Shown: positions 38,325-51,351 of the stretch, in pieces
Position numbering within the stretch: position 1 is the stretch's first letter
How the letters are laid out: each line of letters opens with the position of its first letter
Assembly: GCA_951406725.2 (NCBI GenBank)
Contig: OX597825.1
Span: 75,950,001-76,014,000, forward strand
DNA: 64,000 bases
From: Octopus vulgaris
Taxonomy: Eukaryota
Reading direction: 5' to 3'
Translations under genes and position numbers: made by a program
Notes under the pieces: generated by a model
Told to the model about the DNA's origin: nothing
The model's database searches: none
The model's input: the letters and a program-made list of their open reading frames with translations, nothing else

Positions 38325-39882
38325 TATATATTCCTTCCTCACTGAATGCTTACTATGCCTGCACCCATCCACCTCCACCCTCTAGCCCTCAGGCACCTCC
38401 TCCATAGGGTTCTATCAGAAGCAACTTCCAATAGACTATTCAGCTGGATTCCCTATCATGACCAACTGAGACTTTGGCTATTTTGCTACCATCTCATTTT
38501 TTATCTACCCCTAGGTCTTTTGTAGGTTGGCTTGACTTCAAGAATCCATCTTGTAATTCTTTCCTGTGACATTCTAATCACGTCTGTAGTACTGGAGCTG
38601 TGACCCTACATTGTGGAGATACAGCAGCTCAGCCTGCAGAAACTCTTTAGTCTCCGAGCTATGTACCCTGTTGAATAATATTAGTTCAGAGATCCTTTGA
38701 AGGAATCCCATTTTGGCCACTTGTATTCAGTGGGTGTGGCCATGATTGTGTAGTTAAGGAGTTCCCTTTGCAATTACTTCATTTCATGTTCAATCTTACT
38801 ATGTAGCACTATGAACTCTAGTTTTGGTTTTTGCTTTGTACCAATTCTTCAGATAGACAAAAGTTATAACAAGAAATTTGGTTGAAGGAAATGGTGTGAT
38901 AATCCCTAACAGTATGACCATTCTTGGAATCTAGACTTAACACCTCCACCACCACCTGGTTCTTGCATGCCTTCAGTAAAATCCGTTCTGTTGCAAGCAT
39001 TTGGATCAAATTTCTGGCCTGAAGATTCCTTCATCCTTCTTGCCATCCTTCTCAGAAACCTTGCTAGGGGTCATAGGTGTTGGATTTTTTCTCACCAGAC
39101 AGGACCTTAAAAAATAAAGGTAAAAAAAAAAAAAATAAAGAGTAAATGAGGTTTCATAATTTGCCACACAGTCAAGCAATTTTGAGGAGAGGGGCATGTG
39201 AATTACATCACATTCAATATGTAACTGGTACTTTATTTTATTGACCCCGAAATGATAAAAGGCAAAGTAAACCTCACCAGAATTTCAACACAGAATATAA
39301 AGAAGCAAAAGAAATGCTAAACATTTTGTTCAATTTGTTAATGATTCTGCCTTAGGATGTTAATGGCGATTGCTGTGTTCAAGTGAGAATTCAGCTATCA
39401 TCCTTAACATTATACTATTGGTGAATGCAGCAAGCATATTTGTTACAGGGGATGACTCACAGTATTCATTCCAACTCTCTGTATTCTGAGTTCATATCCC
39501 ACCATGACCAGCTTTACCTTGCTTCCTTTTGGAGTTGATAAAGTACCAATTCAGAGCAGTGGATTGACAGAACTTTTACAGAATTGGTTGGAAAAGATAC
39601 TTTTTTGGTATCTGATTTGGTTGTTTGTATTCTTACCATAATGCCTGCAACAAATAGTATGGCCTAGCTGTAGTAGCCAAAGCTGATTGGTAGGCTTTGC
39701 TTCAGATAAACCTCATTGACACAGAGAGGGGGTAGCTTTGTATTCATGAGTAACTGCTAGTCTTCCTTGTAAAACTTTCCCAAGACCTGTGCATTCAGAG
39801 GTCAATGTATGATCAGTATTAGTGAACTGTAACCTGTGGATATACACAGTTTGGTCATTCTTTCTGACTGCCTCCTTTTTCT

Positions 39883-39921
<39 letters not shown>

Positions 39922-39924
<3 letters not shown>

Positions 39925-40116
39925 GGAATTTATTAAAAAAAACATAAGACGAAGACGGGTGTGTCAACAATAAACAGATGTATTAGTTTAATGCTCGGGA
40001 AGTGAGAAAGTCTTTTACGTTTCCAGCCTATGCTCTTCAACAGGAAGGAACACAGAAATAAGCAGAGAGAGAAAATAAAAAAGGTTTTGTGGCTAGCGAT
40101 CAATCATGGCAAAAAT

Positions 40117-40119
<3 letters not shown>
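39922..40119 (-). mobile_element. Penelope-like element terminal remnant with degenerate minimal hammerhead
   Basis: Embedded between two (TA)n tracts. The minus strand of 40012-40048 reads CTTC CTGTTGA A GAGC ATAG GCTG GAAACGTA AAAG, the layout of Penelope-associated minimal hammerheads. Confidence 0.55.
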
Positions 40120-40152
<33 letters not shown>

Positions 40153-40210
40153 GTGGTGGTGATGGTGATTAAAGGTTTAATAAAAGTATATATGTGCAGC
40201 ACTCTGTGTA

Positions 40211-40243
<33 letters not shown>

Positions 40244-41351
40244 TGAAAGCGTGTATGTAGGATGCTGTTAATTTTTCTTTTTTTTTTTTTTTTTTTTCCC
40301 TTCTCTGAACTCTTCTCTGAATCACAAATTTATTATGTTGCAGCTGTTGCTAATATAACCAGATCTAAACTAACCCACTGGCAGTGATGTATTTAAACTA
40401 TCTTATTTCTGCCATTAAGTTCACTCTTTTATGCGATTCTTTTGGTTCTTTTGTAATATTTCTTTCATTTCTCTTATCTTGTACTATGTACTTTATCAGG
40501 TCTCAATTAACTACTTATATTGGCCATTCCTCTTCCATCTAATTCCTTCATTTGACTGTTTTCACTTGAGGTCATCATTATTATTATTTTTCCTTTTTAT
40601 TCTTGTATTTTATTTTTTTATTACCATCTTTGTCTCTTTAAAGTTAGTTTTCTGGACATGTTATTTTTTTCTATTCAACTAATTAATTTTATTCTTATTT
40701 TAATCTATGTTGTGCATTTTCTTGACTTGGTTTATCCAAGAATAACTAACCCCCCCCCCCACACACACACACACATACACATGTATGTATGTGTGTGTGT
40801 GATATGGTTTCTCCCTTTACCATTTGGTTTACTCTATTTATTCACATCGTTTTGAATTAATTGTGCATTATCTCAGCTTTGAAATTTTGAGAATATAATT
40901 GTTTATTTTTAGAATGACATTGTTGGGTAGGTGTGATAGGCTGGATGCAGTCCATTTGAACATAGAACCAGTAGAATATTTGGACTGCATATGGCCAGTT
41001 TAAATGCTAAACCATTATATTTCAACAATGCCATTTTTGGATAGTTTTGTACTGCAGATCATCATCATCCCCATCACCACCACTATCACATTATCATCAT
41101 TATCAGTGGTGCTATTAATAATATTAATCTCTGAAGTGAAAGAGCATTGCCCTCTTTCAATGGCAACCTTCTGTTTGTCTACTCGTGTCATGAATAATCA
41201 ACATTACCTTTTTGCTCAGAGTATTGCCACTTCCATCAAGGTTCTTATTCAACTAATTTTCATTCCATTTAGCTCCTCCCCTCTTCCTCCTCTTATAGAA
41301 TGTGTGCTGCTGTTTATATCCCTTCAACACTGAAACCATTACTCATTAGTT

Positions 41352-41792
41352 AAGCCATTGTACTCCATGCAATCCACCCATAGTACTCAGTACTCAATAC
41401 ACAATCGATCAAGTGTACTCTTTGCAATACTTAATTTATCCCTTGTACTCTATGCAATATTCAATCTATCCTTTGGATTCTACTCAGTACTCAACAAATC
41501 TACCATACTCTGCTCAATATTCAACCCATCCATTGTATTCTGTCCAATACTCAATCCATACATTCTACTCAATATGCTGTACTCTATTCACTGTACTCTA
41601 TCCAATATTCAATTCAACAATTATACTCTCCTCAATATTCAAGCTATCCATTGCATTGTTCAATCAATCCCTAGTACCCTACCCAAGACTCAACCAATCT
41701 ATTATACTCTATTCAATATTCAATCTATCTGTTGTACTCTACTCAGTACTTAATCCATCAATTGCACTTTACTCAATCCATTGTACTCCACT
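41352..41792. repeat. Degenerate minisatellite, about 27-29 bp unit, about 15 copies
   Basis: Unit approximates ttgtactctactcaatattcaatccatcc; it explains ORFs 41358-41753 and 41413-41856. Confidence 0.85.
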
Positions 41793-42239
41793 CTGTTTAA
41801 TTGTTCCAGTTCTTGCACAAAATAATCTCTACATGCTACCTTTGTCTTCAGGTTAACATACGATCTAATGTTCACAGAACCTTTATATTGCTCTGTTCTT
41901 TATTAAACTTTAGAACACTCAACCCTCTTTTGCTTTCCTTATCTCTTCATCTTGTTGTTGATGTAATTGAATCTGCTTTAACCACTTTCTCTATGGTAAT
42001 CTTAAATGGATTGGATCTCCAACTGTCATCTGGATTTTAATCCAATTAAAAGTATAAAAGGTGTATTATTTCTTTGTCCAAACTAGTTGATCAGATTAGT
42101 GGAGAACAATTGCATTCTCTTTTATGTAGTGTTTCAATCTGCTCTAATATTTCAGCTAAACATAAAAATGTCTTCTTTCTATCTTATCCGTTCATTCTTA
42201 TAAGTTTTTTTTTTTTAAGTCTTTGTTGTTTTATTTCTT

Positions 42240-42397
42240 ATTTTTTTCTGTATGTCCTTACAAAGCTGGATATTTACTCTTTAATATTTTTGTTAGTATA
42301 TTTCAGCTGAAACGTTCTGATATCGTTTAAATTCATTTTTGAAACAATGAAGAATTTAGTAAAATAACTTTCTCATTATTAACCCTTCTGATGCCTT
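42240..42397 (+). repeat. About 158-bp segment duplicated at 46061-46218
   Basis: ctgtatgtccttacaaagctgg...cattattaacccttctgatgcctt occurs twice, 3.8 kb apart, with only about 4-5 substitutions. Confidence 0.9.
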
Positions 42398-43253
42398 CTG
42401 TCTCTAACTCTGTTTCAAAGTGATCTAAACTAAAACCTGCCAAAAATGTCTTAATTTACATTCCAAACACCAGGTTAATAATGATAAAGATATTTTACTA
42501 AATACTTCATTTTTTTCAAGATTAATTGAAACAAAGGCAGAAATATGGTTAAAAGAAGGTTAAGCTTTTGGATGAATTATGAAAATATGATGGAAGGTTT
42601 TAATATAGATCACTTTAAAATATAAAGTTCATATCATAGAACCATGCGCAGTGTGAGATGGGTCAGTACCAAATGGATTAATTAGTGTACTGTTTCTTTT
42701 TACTGCAGGTAGTGCACAAAATGGTGTGTGTTTCCCAGCATACAAGTTGATGTATATAGTATAAACATGTGGTATAAACATTCAAACATCAACATTATTT
42801 TTCCAAATTCTATTGCATTTCACAAAGAGATTTTGGTTTGCAATTTTGACTTGTATGATGGAAAATATGGTGTTTTTACCAAGTTATTTGAAATAATGAC
42901 TGTAATACATATTCTATGTAATGCACCTTCATGACTGTAACAAAGTTTAACTCTAAATGAACCTGTGGTCATTAGTCCTGCAGCTTTTTGACCAGCATTG
43001 TGTGTGTCACATAAATAGAACTGAAACAATATATGCAACTTAGGTTGTTATAGCAATAGTACCACTTCTTCATTCTCTGTGATCCTTAGAAATATGTTTT
43101 TGAAGAAATCACTCTTGCGCCTAATTTCAACAAGACCTATTAACATAGACCAGTTAATTAAGATTTCTACTGCTTTGTTTTGGATTGTGTGTAGGGCTCA
43201 TGTTATGCTGTGTGTAAGGATCAAACTATGCTATCTGTGTAGGGGCCAAGTTG

Positions 43254-43435
43254 TCATCATCATCATCATCATTGTTTAGCGTCCGTTTTCCATGCTAGCA
43301 TGGGTTGGGCAGTTCGACCGGGGTCTGGGAAGCCAGAAGGCTGCACCAGGCTCCAGTCTGATCTGGCAGAGTTTCTACAGCAGGATGCCCTTCATAATGC
43401 CAACCACTCCGTGAGTGTAGTGGGTGCTTTTTTAT
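43254..43435 (-). mobile_element. RTE 3'-tail retroposon
   Basis: (CAT)n...gcgtccgttttccatgctagcatggg...gtagtgggtgcttttt. Confidence 0.85.
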
Positions 43436-43901
43436 GTGTGTGTGTGTGTGTAGTAATCAAATTGTACTATATGTAGGGATCAATCATATATTTTTTTTGA
43501 TTTTTATTGTTTTAGAACATTATGAAATTCCAACAATAAGAATTCAATGTTTAAATCATATTCTTTGGACTTTTATATATCTGTCTGATTTAGTGTGTTT
43601 GTGCTAGGCGTGTAGACTTTCCATACACATACTGAAGTGTGTTGATGTTCTTTATGGAAACACCAGACTGATTTACCTCGTTTACCAGAAACAAAATAAA
43701 AGAAGAACATATTCAACAAGTCATAATCAACAGTAATATTAGACATTAATAATTAATGGAACCATAAATTAAAATTGATATTCAGATGCATTACCAGGAT
43801 TTGTGAATGTTCTTAAGAACTTTCAGTGTCTTCAGTTAGAATCCATGCTTATTATCTCTGATTAAGTATTTTTTTAGCTCATTAAGAATTAAGATGTAAT
43901 A

Positions 43902-44300
43902 GGCGCAGGAGTGGCTGTGTGGTAAGTAGCTTGCTAACCAACCACATGGTTCCGGGTTCAGTCCACTGCATGGCATCTTGGGCAAGTGTCTTCTGCTATA
44001 GCCCCAGGCCGACCAATGCCTTGTGAGTGGATTTGGTAGACTGAAACTGAAAGAAGCCCGTCGTATATATGTGTGTGTGTGTATATGTTTGTGTGTCTGT
44101 GTTTGTCCCCCTAGCATTGCTTGACAACTGATGCTGGTGTGTTTATGTCCCCGTCACTTAGCGGTTCGGCAAAAGAGACCGATAGAATAAGTACTGGGCT
44201 TACAAAGAATAAGTCCCGGGGTCGATTTGCTCGACTAAAGGCGGTGCTCCAGCATGGCCGCAGTTAAATGACTGAAACAAGTAAAAGAGTAAAGAGAGAG
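43902..44300 (+). mobile_element. Young full-length CORE-like SINE
   Basis: Nearly identical to 36271-36668, from ggcgcaggagtggctgtgtgg to the tgactgaaacaagtaaaagag tail. Confidence 0.92.
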
Positions 44301-44818
44301 TAACAAATCATTAATTTTCCAATGTTGGTGTAGGATTTAGGGTAAAATTAGTCTTAATTTCCTTTTGGGCTAACAAAGTTCATTGTTATCCTAAATGAAA
44401 TTAGTTTGATAAAACATATCTGGACAAACATTTTCCTACAAATGCGACAGGTCTGCTCACAGTTCTGGTGTCAAGTTGGTGCATTTCGATTATGAACGGA
44501 CATGCTGGTATCTTGTCTTATTTCTCTCTCTCTCTCTCTCTCTCTCTCCTAATCACAAGACAGGGAGGGATGTGGTGGGCTGTTTGGGTGGGGGTTGGGC
44601 TTCTGATTTGCACATGTGACTAAATGTCTGCTTAAGAACAGCTGCAAATAATATGATTAAAAAAGAAATAACAAAGTTTTTTTTGTTTTTTTTTTTGATT
44701 ATCTATAATATCCAAATTCATTGTATGATTATTGCATTCTTTAATACATAGAACCAGTTTCCGCTAAATTGAACATATAACTCCTATGGCTTTTTAACTG
44801 GCATTATATGTGTGTATG

Positions 44819-44867
<49 letters not shown>

Positions 44868-44916
44868 TGTGGGGGAATGACCATGTCAGTGGGTGTGACT
44901 GTGTGTGTGGGTGTGC

Positions 44917-44976
<60 letters not shown>

Positions 44977-45184
44977 CATTTTCAAACTGTAATTGTGTGA
45001 TTAATACATTAACTATCCAAACATTTTATACTACTCTTCAACAATTGCACTGCAATTGCATTGTTAGAATGAAGCTGTCAAAATTCCCAAACATTTTGTC
45101 ACATGATGGGCATGAAAACATTAAGGTAACATAAAATACTCACATAGCTTCATAGCTCTGTAATTAGAAGTGGTTTATAATTTC

Positions 45185-45885
45185 ATGTGGCTGTGTGGCG
45201 AGAAGTTTGCTTCCTAACCATATGGTTCCAGGTTCAGTCTTACTGCATGGCGCCTTGGGCAAGTGTCTTTTACTATAGCCTCAGGCCAACCAAAGCCTTG
45301 TGAGTGGATTTAATAAACAAAATAAGATATATATCTGTTTGTACCAAGAAGACATGGGACAAGATGGTGAAGCATGATCTCCTGATGTTGAGTCTCATGG
45401 AGCTGGTGACAAATGATTGAGACCTTTGGAGATTTGCTGTGCTTGAGAAGACATGTCAAGCCAAGTGAAATCATATTCATGGTCAGTACCAGTGATGCAT
45501 AAGAGGCACCCACTGCACTCCTGGAGCGGTTTGTATTAAGAAGGACATCCAGCTGTAGAAACCAAGTCAAATCAGGTTGGAGACTTGTGCAATTCTCAGG
45601 CTGTCAGACTGTCTGACCCATGCCAGCATGGAAAATGGACACTAAATGATGATGATGATGATAAATGTGTTTTTGTTTGTCTCCCAATACCACTTGACAA
45701 CCAATGTTGACTTGTTTACGTCCTTGTAAAGTACCACTTTGGCAAAAGAGAGCTGATAGAATAAGTACCAGGTTTAAAAATAAGTAATTAGGGTCACTAT
45801 GTTTGATTAAACCCTTCAGAGCGGTGCCCCAACTTGGCAACTGTCTAATGACTGAAACAAGTTGAAGATAAGAGATAAACTGATA
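45185..45885 (+). mobile_element. CORE-like SINE interrupted by an RTE 3' fragment (about 45340-45662)
   Basis: SINE head 45185-45310 and SINE tail 45665-45885 flank PRRHGTRW/KHDL-like RTE end sequence plus an (ATG)n tail. Confidence 0.75.
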
Positions 45886-48800
45886 AAACAAAGAAATGTC
45901 TTACATTTGGAGTGATCAGGAGTGCTAATTTCTTCAGTTGCAGATGTGTTTTGATAGTAAAGCTAACCTGAAAGGTTTACCAATGCAGAAGATGAAGCAG
46001 AGTAAACTGATACAGATTGTTTTCTTATATAATAAAGACAGAATATGAATATATTTCTTTTTTTTTTTCTGTATGTCCTTACAAAGCTGGATATTTACTC
46101 TTTAATATTTTTGTTACTATATTTCAGTTGAAACGTATTGATATCGTTTAAATTCATTTTTGAAACAATGAAGAATTTAGTAAAATAACTTTCTCATTAT
46201 TAACCCTTCTGATGCCTTTTGATTAATTTGATTAATAACCTTATAACATGTATTTCAAAGCTCCTCTTTGGTTATCAGCTACTATATACTATCACCCACC
46301 AGGAATACTCCTTTTACGATAACATGTGAAACTCTCAGCAACTGACAGCTGTTGCTAAAGTATGGAAACACTTGGTGATTTGGATTAAAGCCTGTTCATT
46401 CTGGAATAGTTTTATAAGACATCCGTTTGATATATATTCGAGTTATGCAATAAAAGCAGCTCTAGAATAAGTTTTCATCTGCAAAACATATTTAATGCAT
46501 GTGTATCAAGAAGCTGCAATTTTATGTCTGGGAAAAATCCCTTTATAAATGTATTGTGTTAAAATGCTGCAACTTCTGGCTTTTTGGCAATAATACACTT
46601 ACATTATGTTATATGTATATTGGTCTCTCCTGTAGTATATGACAGATGGGTGTTCTACAGGTTTTTGCTGAACAACCTGTGCATTTCATTCATTTGCTGT
46701 GATAAAACTTTGGTGTTCTACGTTAATTCACTCCCTCCATCAAATTGACATTACCTTTACAGGTGTATGGTATGCCACGCAGGAGATGTCGAAGTGAATG
46801 CACCACCTGCAGGAATTGAAACTGCAAACCTGCAATCATGAGTGAAACATCCTAATCACTAGGTCACGTGCTCTCACTATGTTTTGTGTTTGTGTGTGTG
46901 TGTGGAGTTGGGAGAGAGAGAGAAGGAAACAAATATTTTTTTCATATATATTGTCTGTGAGAAGAATTTTCTCCTGGGACTGTTTCTGCAGTAAAAAGTC
47001 ACCATGCTTGCTGGTACAAAAACATGTTAAATTTGAGTGCACATGATAATTTTGTTTCCAACTGCTGGAAATTGTATTAAGGTTTCTCTCTGCAGATCTG
47101 AGTAATTTTCAAAGTGAGGAGTTTAATCATGTCTTTGATATAATAGAGTTCTCTCATTAAATAATTTCTCCAATATCTAGTAACTAGTGTTGCTAATTTT
47201 TGTTTAAATATGCAAATTATGTAGGCTGTTGATTGTGTCCTATGTACCTTGGCTGCTGAAGATAGGTGAGGACAATTATCTGACTAATAATGCCTATTGA
47301 AGCAGAAGCACAGGTCCAAGACTGTCCTTTTATCTCTGGACAATAAACCTGCCATTTTCCTTAATGTTTTGTCAATTTTGGAAAATTCTTGATTCATGAA
47401 ATTGTCTTCTCATATGGAGCTGTTCTCAACTGCCATTTGGTAATTGTGATATTCCCTCTAGAGATAGAAATATTTTTAATAAATCAAGAATTTATGTTGT
47501 CTGGTAATTGATATCCCTATATTCATTCATATACAAGCCGCTGTCCTCCTTCAATTATTTCTCTTTTCTTTCATGTTTAATTTATTCAACAACTACTCAG
47601 TTGTATTTCTCTTCAAAATATACAATCTTTTCATGTTCGACCACCTCTCTACTGTCTCCAAATAATTTTTCTTTGTTCTCACGCTATCCCACCGAACTTT
47701 TTTTTTTCTTTTTGGTTGTGATTGTTGAATCTTTCAGTCATTATTCTCTGAACTTGTCTGTCGAGAGTATGCAGTCTGTCTGCAAACTAATTCATGAAAA
47801 ATACTGATTCCTTTGTCTGTGGAAACTGGCATCCTCTAAAATAAGAGAACATAAAAATATCTGGAGCACTTATGGTTCCTACATTGCTTTTACTTTAGTC
47901 TTCTGTAAATGTCGATGTGTTATATAGATTACAAAAACATGTATTGCAAACTGATTTGTTATAATGCCAAAACTTCTTATATTACTGTATTTTTATGGTC
48001 TACTAAAATTGTATTATGGTACCATTAGATTATGAATATAGCTTTAGAATAATTGGTGTGCCGATACCATTTCTGGAATATATGTGGTTTTGATTTGTTT
48101 CGAATGTCGACTTAAATTAGAGATTGGTTAAACTTGTCATATTCTGGATCTTCCACCCATGTTCATAATACGCAAGATTGTTATTTCCAGTTCAAATAGG
48201 TTCCTATCAAAAGGCAAATATAATTGGAAGGGAAGTTTTGTGGTTACACACACGTGCATGCATCCTCTCTCTCTCTTTTTCTCTCATATAAATTAGAATG
48301 GTTTCCTAAAATAAAGGGATAAAAATGAGTGTAGAAGCACTAAAGTAGAAAGATAATAGATTACTTATGCATCAAGGTGATGATAAATTATATTGAAGTC
48401 TATAACAAGTTTATTCTTCCAGTATTGACATCAGTTTGGTTATTTCCTGCTAACATTTATCCTTTTATGCTTATATATTGAAGTAAGATGGATTATTTCT
48501 ACGGAAATGACAGATATAGCAATACTTGGTTATGAAATTCTCTGAGTATACAAGGCATTCATTTTGCAGCTTTCAATCAATGCAATTAATACAGCATTAT
48601 TATGTTTTTTATCTTCATCAAAATTAGAATTTAATTTATCATCTAGTCTTTTACTTTACTTCTTTGATGACAGTAATTGTTGCAATGATAGTTTTTAGTT
48701 TGATTTTTCTGAAGAATATATTTTACAAAAATAACATTTAGATAGATGTCTTCAGAATCAGGATCTTTTTGTTTAATTTTTTTTTTTTTTTTACCTGTTC

Positions 48801-50483
48801 TTATGAATGTGTTTCAAGTGAAAACTATAGGTTGAAAACTATTGGAATGAATAAATTTTATATTTTAAGTTCAGCTTCAGTTCGGGTCTGTTTTGCATTT
48901 TTTGCTCTTTCTGAGATCAGTTTTAGTTTTCCCCTCTCGAAGTTCAAAAGTACAAGTACCAGTCATATACTAGGCTAGCTCAGTTCATTGAACTGTGCAA
49001 CTTACCTATAGAATTTTGTTTTGTCAGTTAGCATTAATAGTTTCCTTTTTCAGTTTGAAAGTATAAAAATTAAACTGACCTTCAAAAGCAGGGGATTTTT
49101 TTGAGGTCTTTTTTCCTCAATCCTTTTAAACTGTGTAACTAAGTAAACTTACTGAAGATAAAAGTTTTATTTCACAGGAAAAATGATAGGACTTCAATAC
49201 CAATCAGGAAGGGGCCATGCTTAAAATGCAGAAATATTTTGATAGGAATTCTGTTTGGTGTTCCAATGTAAGTTTTTGGTGTTATGTTTAAGGAAAGAGG
49301 CAGCCAAAATCCATGCTATGCCACTGAGTTCAGAAAAGTTTGTTTGGTGCATATGGTGGAAGAGAGGGGGGAAGAGAAAGCAATATATAAGACAACTAGT
49401 AGAGTCTGAACCATTCTCTATAAGTCACACTTTCATTCAGGCCAACAACCTATTTTTCTTTCTTTCTCTCTTTCTTTATCTCAAGTAATATCTACTCAAA
49501 TTTCATTTCCTTTTTTTTTTTTTGCTTTTTATTTTTTTATGTCTCTGGAGGGTCATTAATTTTTATTTTTTTATTTTCCCCCCATATCTTTTCTCTAAAT
49601 AATCATGTTTTCCTAAACAAGACAAGGTCAGGATAAAAAAAAAGAAGGGGATATAAATTCATTCAAGTTCAACTTTTATTGAATTGCAAAGTTTTTTTTC
49701 TTCTTCTAATTACATTTAAGGTGATTCACCTTGAGCATGAATAGTTGGATAATAATGATGTTAATTGGCCAATTATCTTTGTTTTAAACAGATGGTGTTG
49801 CCCCTTAACATGTGTTCTTAATGATTCAAGATCGTGTTACTGCCTTCAAACAAATTAGTTTATGTTTCCATAAACTCACTGAGTTTGTGTCATACCGCCA
49901 TAGTGTTTGTTAACTGATCTAATAATAACAGTTGCCATTTCTGTCCAACATATTTACTACAAGCAAGAAATAACATACAAAAAGAAAACCTTTATTCACT
50001 TGATAGTTCCTTTATTTTACATCAACTGATCCAACGTATGCCTATGGCTTAGTTTCATTCTTTCTTACTGTATTGAAATATTATTTTATAGGCTCTCATT
50101 GTTCTCTAAGGTAGTTCCTGATTCTTTCAGTATTGTATCTCATCATCATCATCATCATCAAACATTCACTTTTCCATGCTTGTCTTGGTTGGATGGAATT
50201 TATTAAGGCAAATTTTTAATGAATTTCTGGCACCAGTCTTCACCTGTTTCCAAAGATTATTCTCCATGACCAGACATGCTTTTCATGGAAAACTGGAAGT
50301 GAAGGGTACTGCTTGCATAATGGTGACATCCATTTCCAAGGCAAGGAGACAATATGCATATACATACATTGTGTGGATGTGTTGTAAGAACCTTCAGACA
50401 GTGCCTTCTATAGCCTCAGGCCATCCAAAGTTTTGTGAGTGGATTTGGTTGATGTAAATTGGAAGAAGACTACCGTGTGTATA

Positions 50484-50660
50484 CTCTTTACTCTTTTACT
50501 TGTTTCAGTCATTTGACTGCAGCACCACCTTTAGTCGAGCAAATCGACCCCGGGACTTATTCTTTGTAAGCCCAGTACTTATTCTATCGGTCTCTTTTGC
50601 CGAACTGCTAAGTGACGGTGACGTAAACACACCAGCATACACACACAAACATACACACAA

Positions 50661-50710
<50 letters not shown>

Positions 50711-50889
50711 GTATACATATATATGACAGGCTTCTTTCAGTCTCCGTCTACCAAATTCACTCACAAGGCTTTGGTCGGCCTGAGGCCATAGTAGAAGACA
50801 CTTGCCCAAGATGCCACGCAGTGGGACTGAACCCGGAACCGTGTGGTTGGTAAGCAAGCTACTTACCACACAGCCACTCCTGCGCCTAT
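50484..50889 (-). mobile_element. Young CORE-like SINE, inverted, 9-bp TSD, nested in an older same-family copy of opposite orientation
   Basis: TSD GTGTGTATA at 50475-50483 and 50890-50898; the flanks 50400-50483 and 50899-51012 are + strand pieces of the same family. Confidence 0.9.
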
Positions 50890-51296
50890 GTGTGTATAAT
50901 ATATATAATGTGTCTTTGTGTTTGTCTCCCACCACTCTTGGCAAAAAGAGACTGATAGAATAAGTGCCAGGCTTAAGAAAATAAGTACTAGAATCAATTC
51001 AATCAACTAAGGTTCATATTGGTGAACTGAGATTATATATATATATATATATATATATATGCATGAACATACAGACACACACACAATGAGCTTCTTTCAG
51101 TTTCTACCTGCCAAATCCACTCATAAGCCTGGAACCATAGTAGAAGATATTTGCCCATGGTGCCACACAGTAGGACTGATCCATAATGTCGGTTTTTTCT
51201 TCTTTTTGAGCCTCTCATCATGTATAATTATAATTACTAAAGAAACAATTTATGTGAGGTTTACTTTTTGTGTGTGTATATTTGTGTATATATATA

Positions 51297-51351
<55 letters not shown>

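Noticed and set aside
41352-41792. CRISPR-like array
   Set aside because: Units are contiguous and degenerate with no unique spacers, the context is eukaryotic, and there are no cas genes.
50500-50944. Recurring ORFs such as VEDTCPRCHAVGLNPEPCGW / GYSRRHLPK seen many times in the track
   Set aside because: Antisense translations of the same CORE-like SINE family, not a repeated protein domain.
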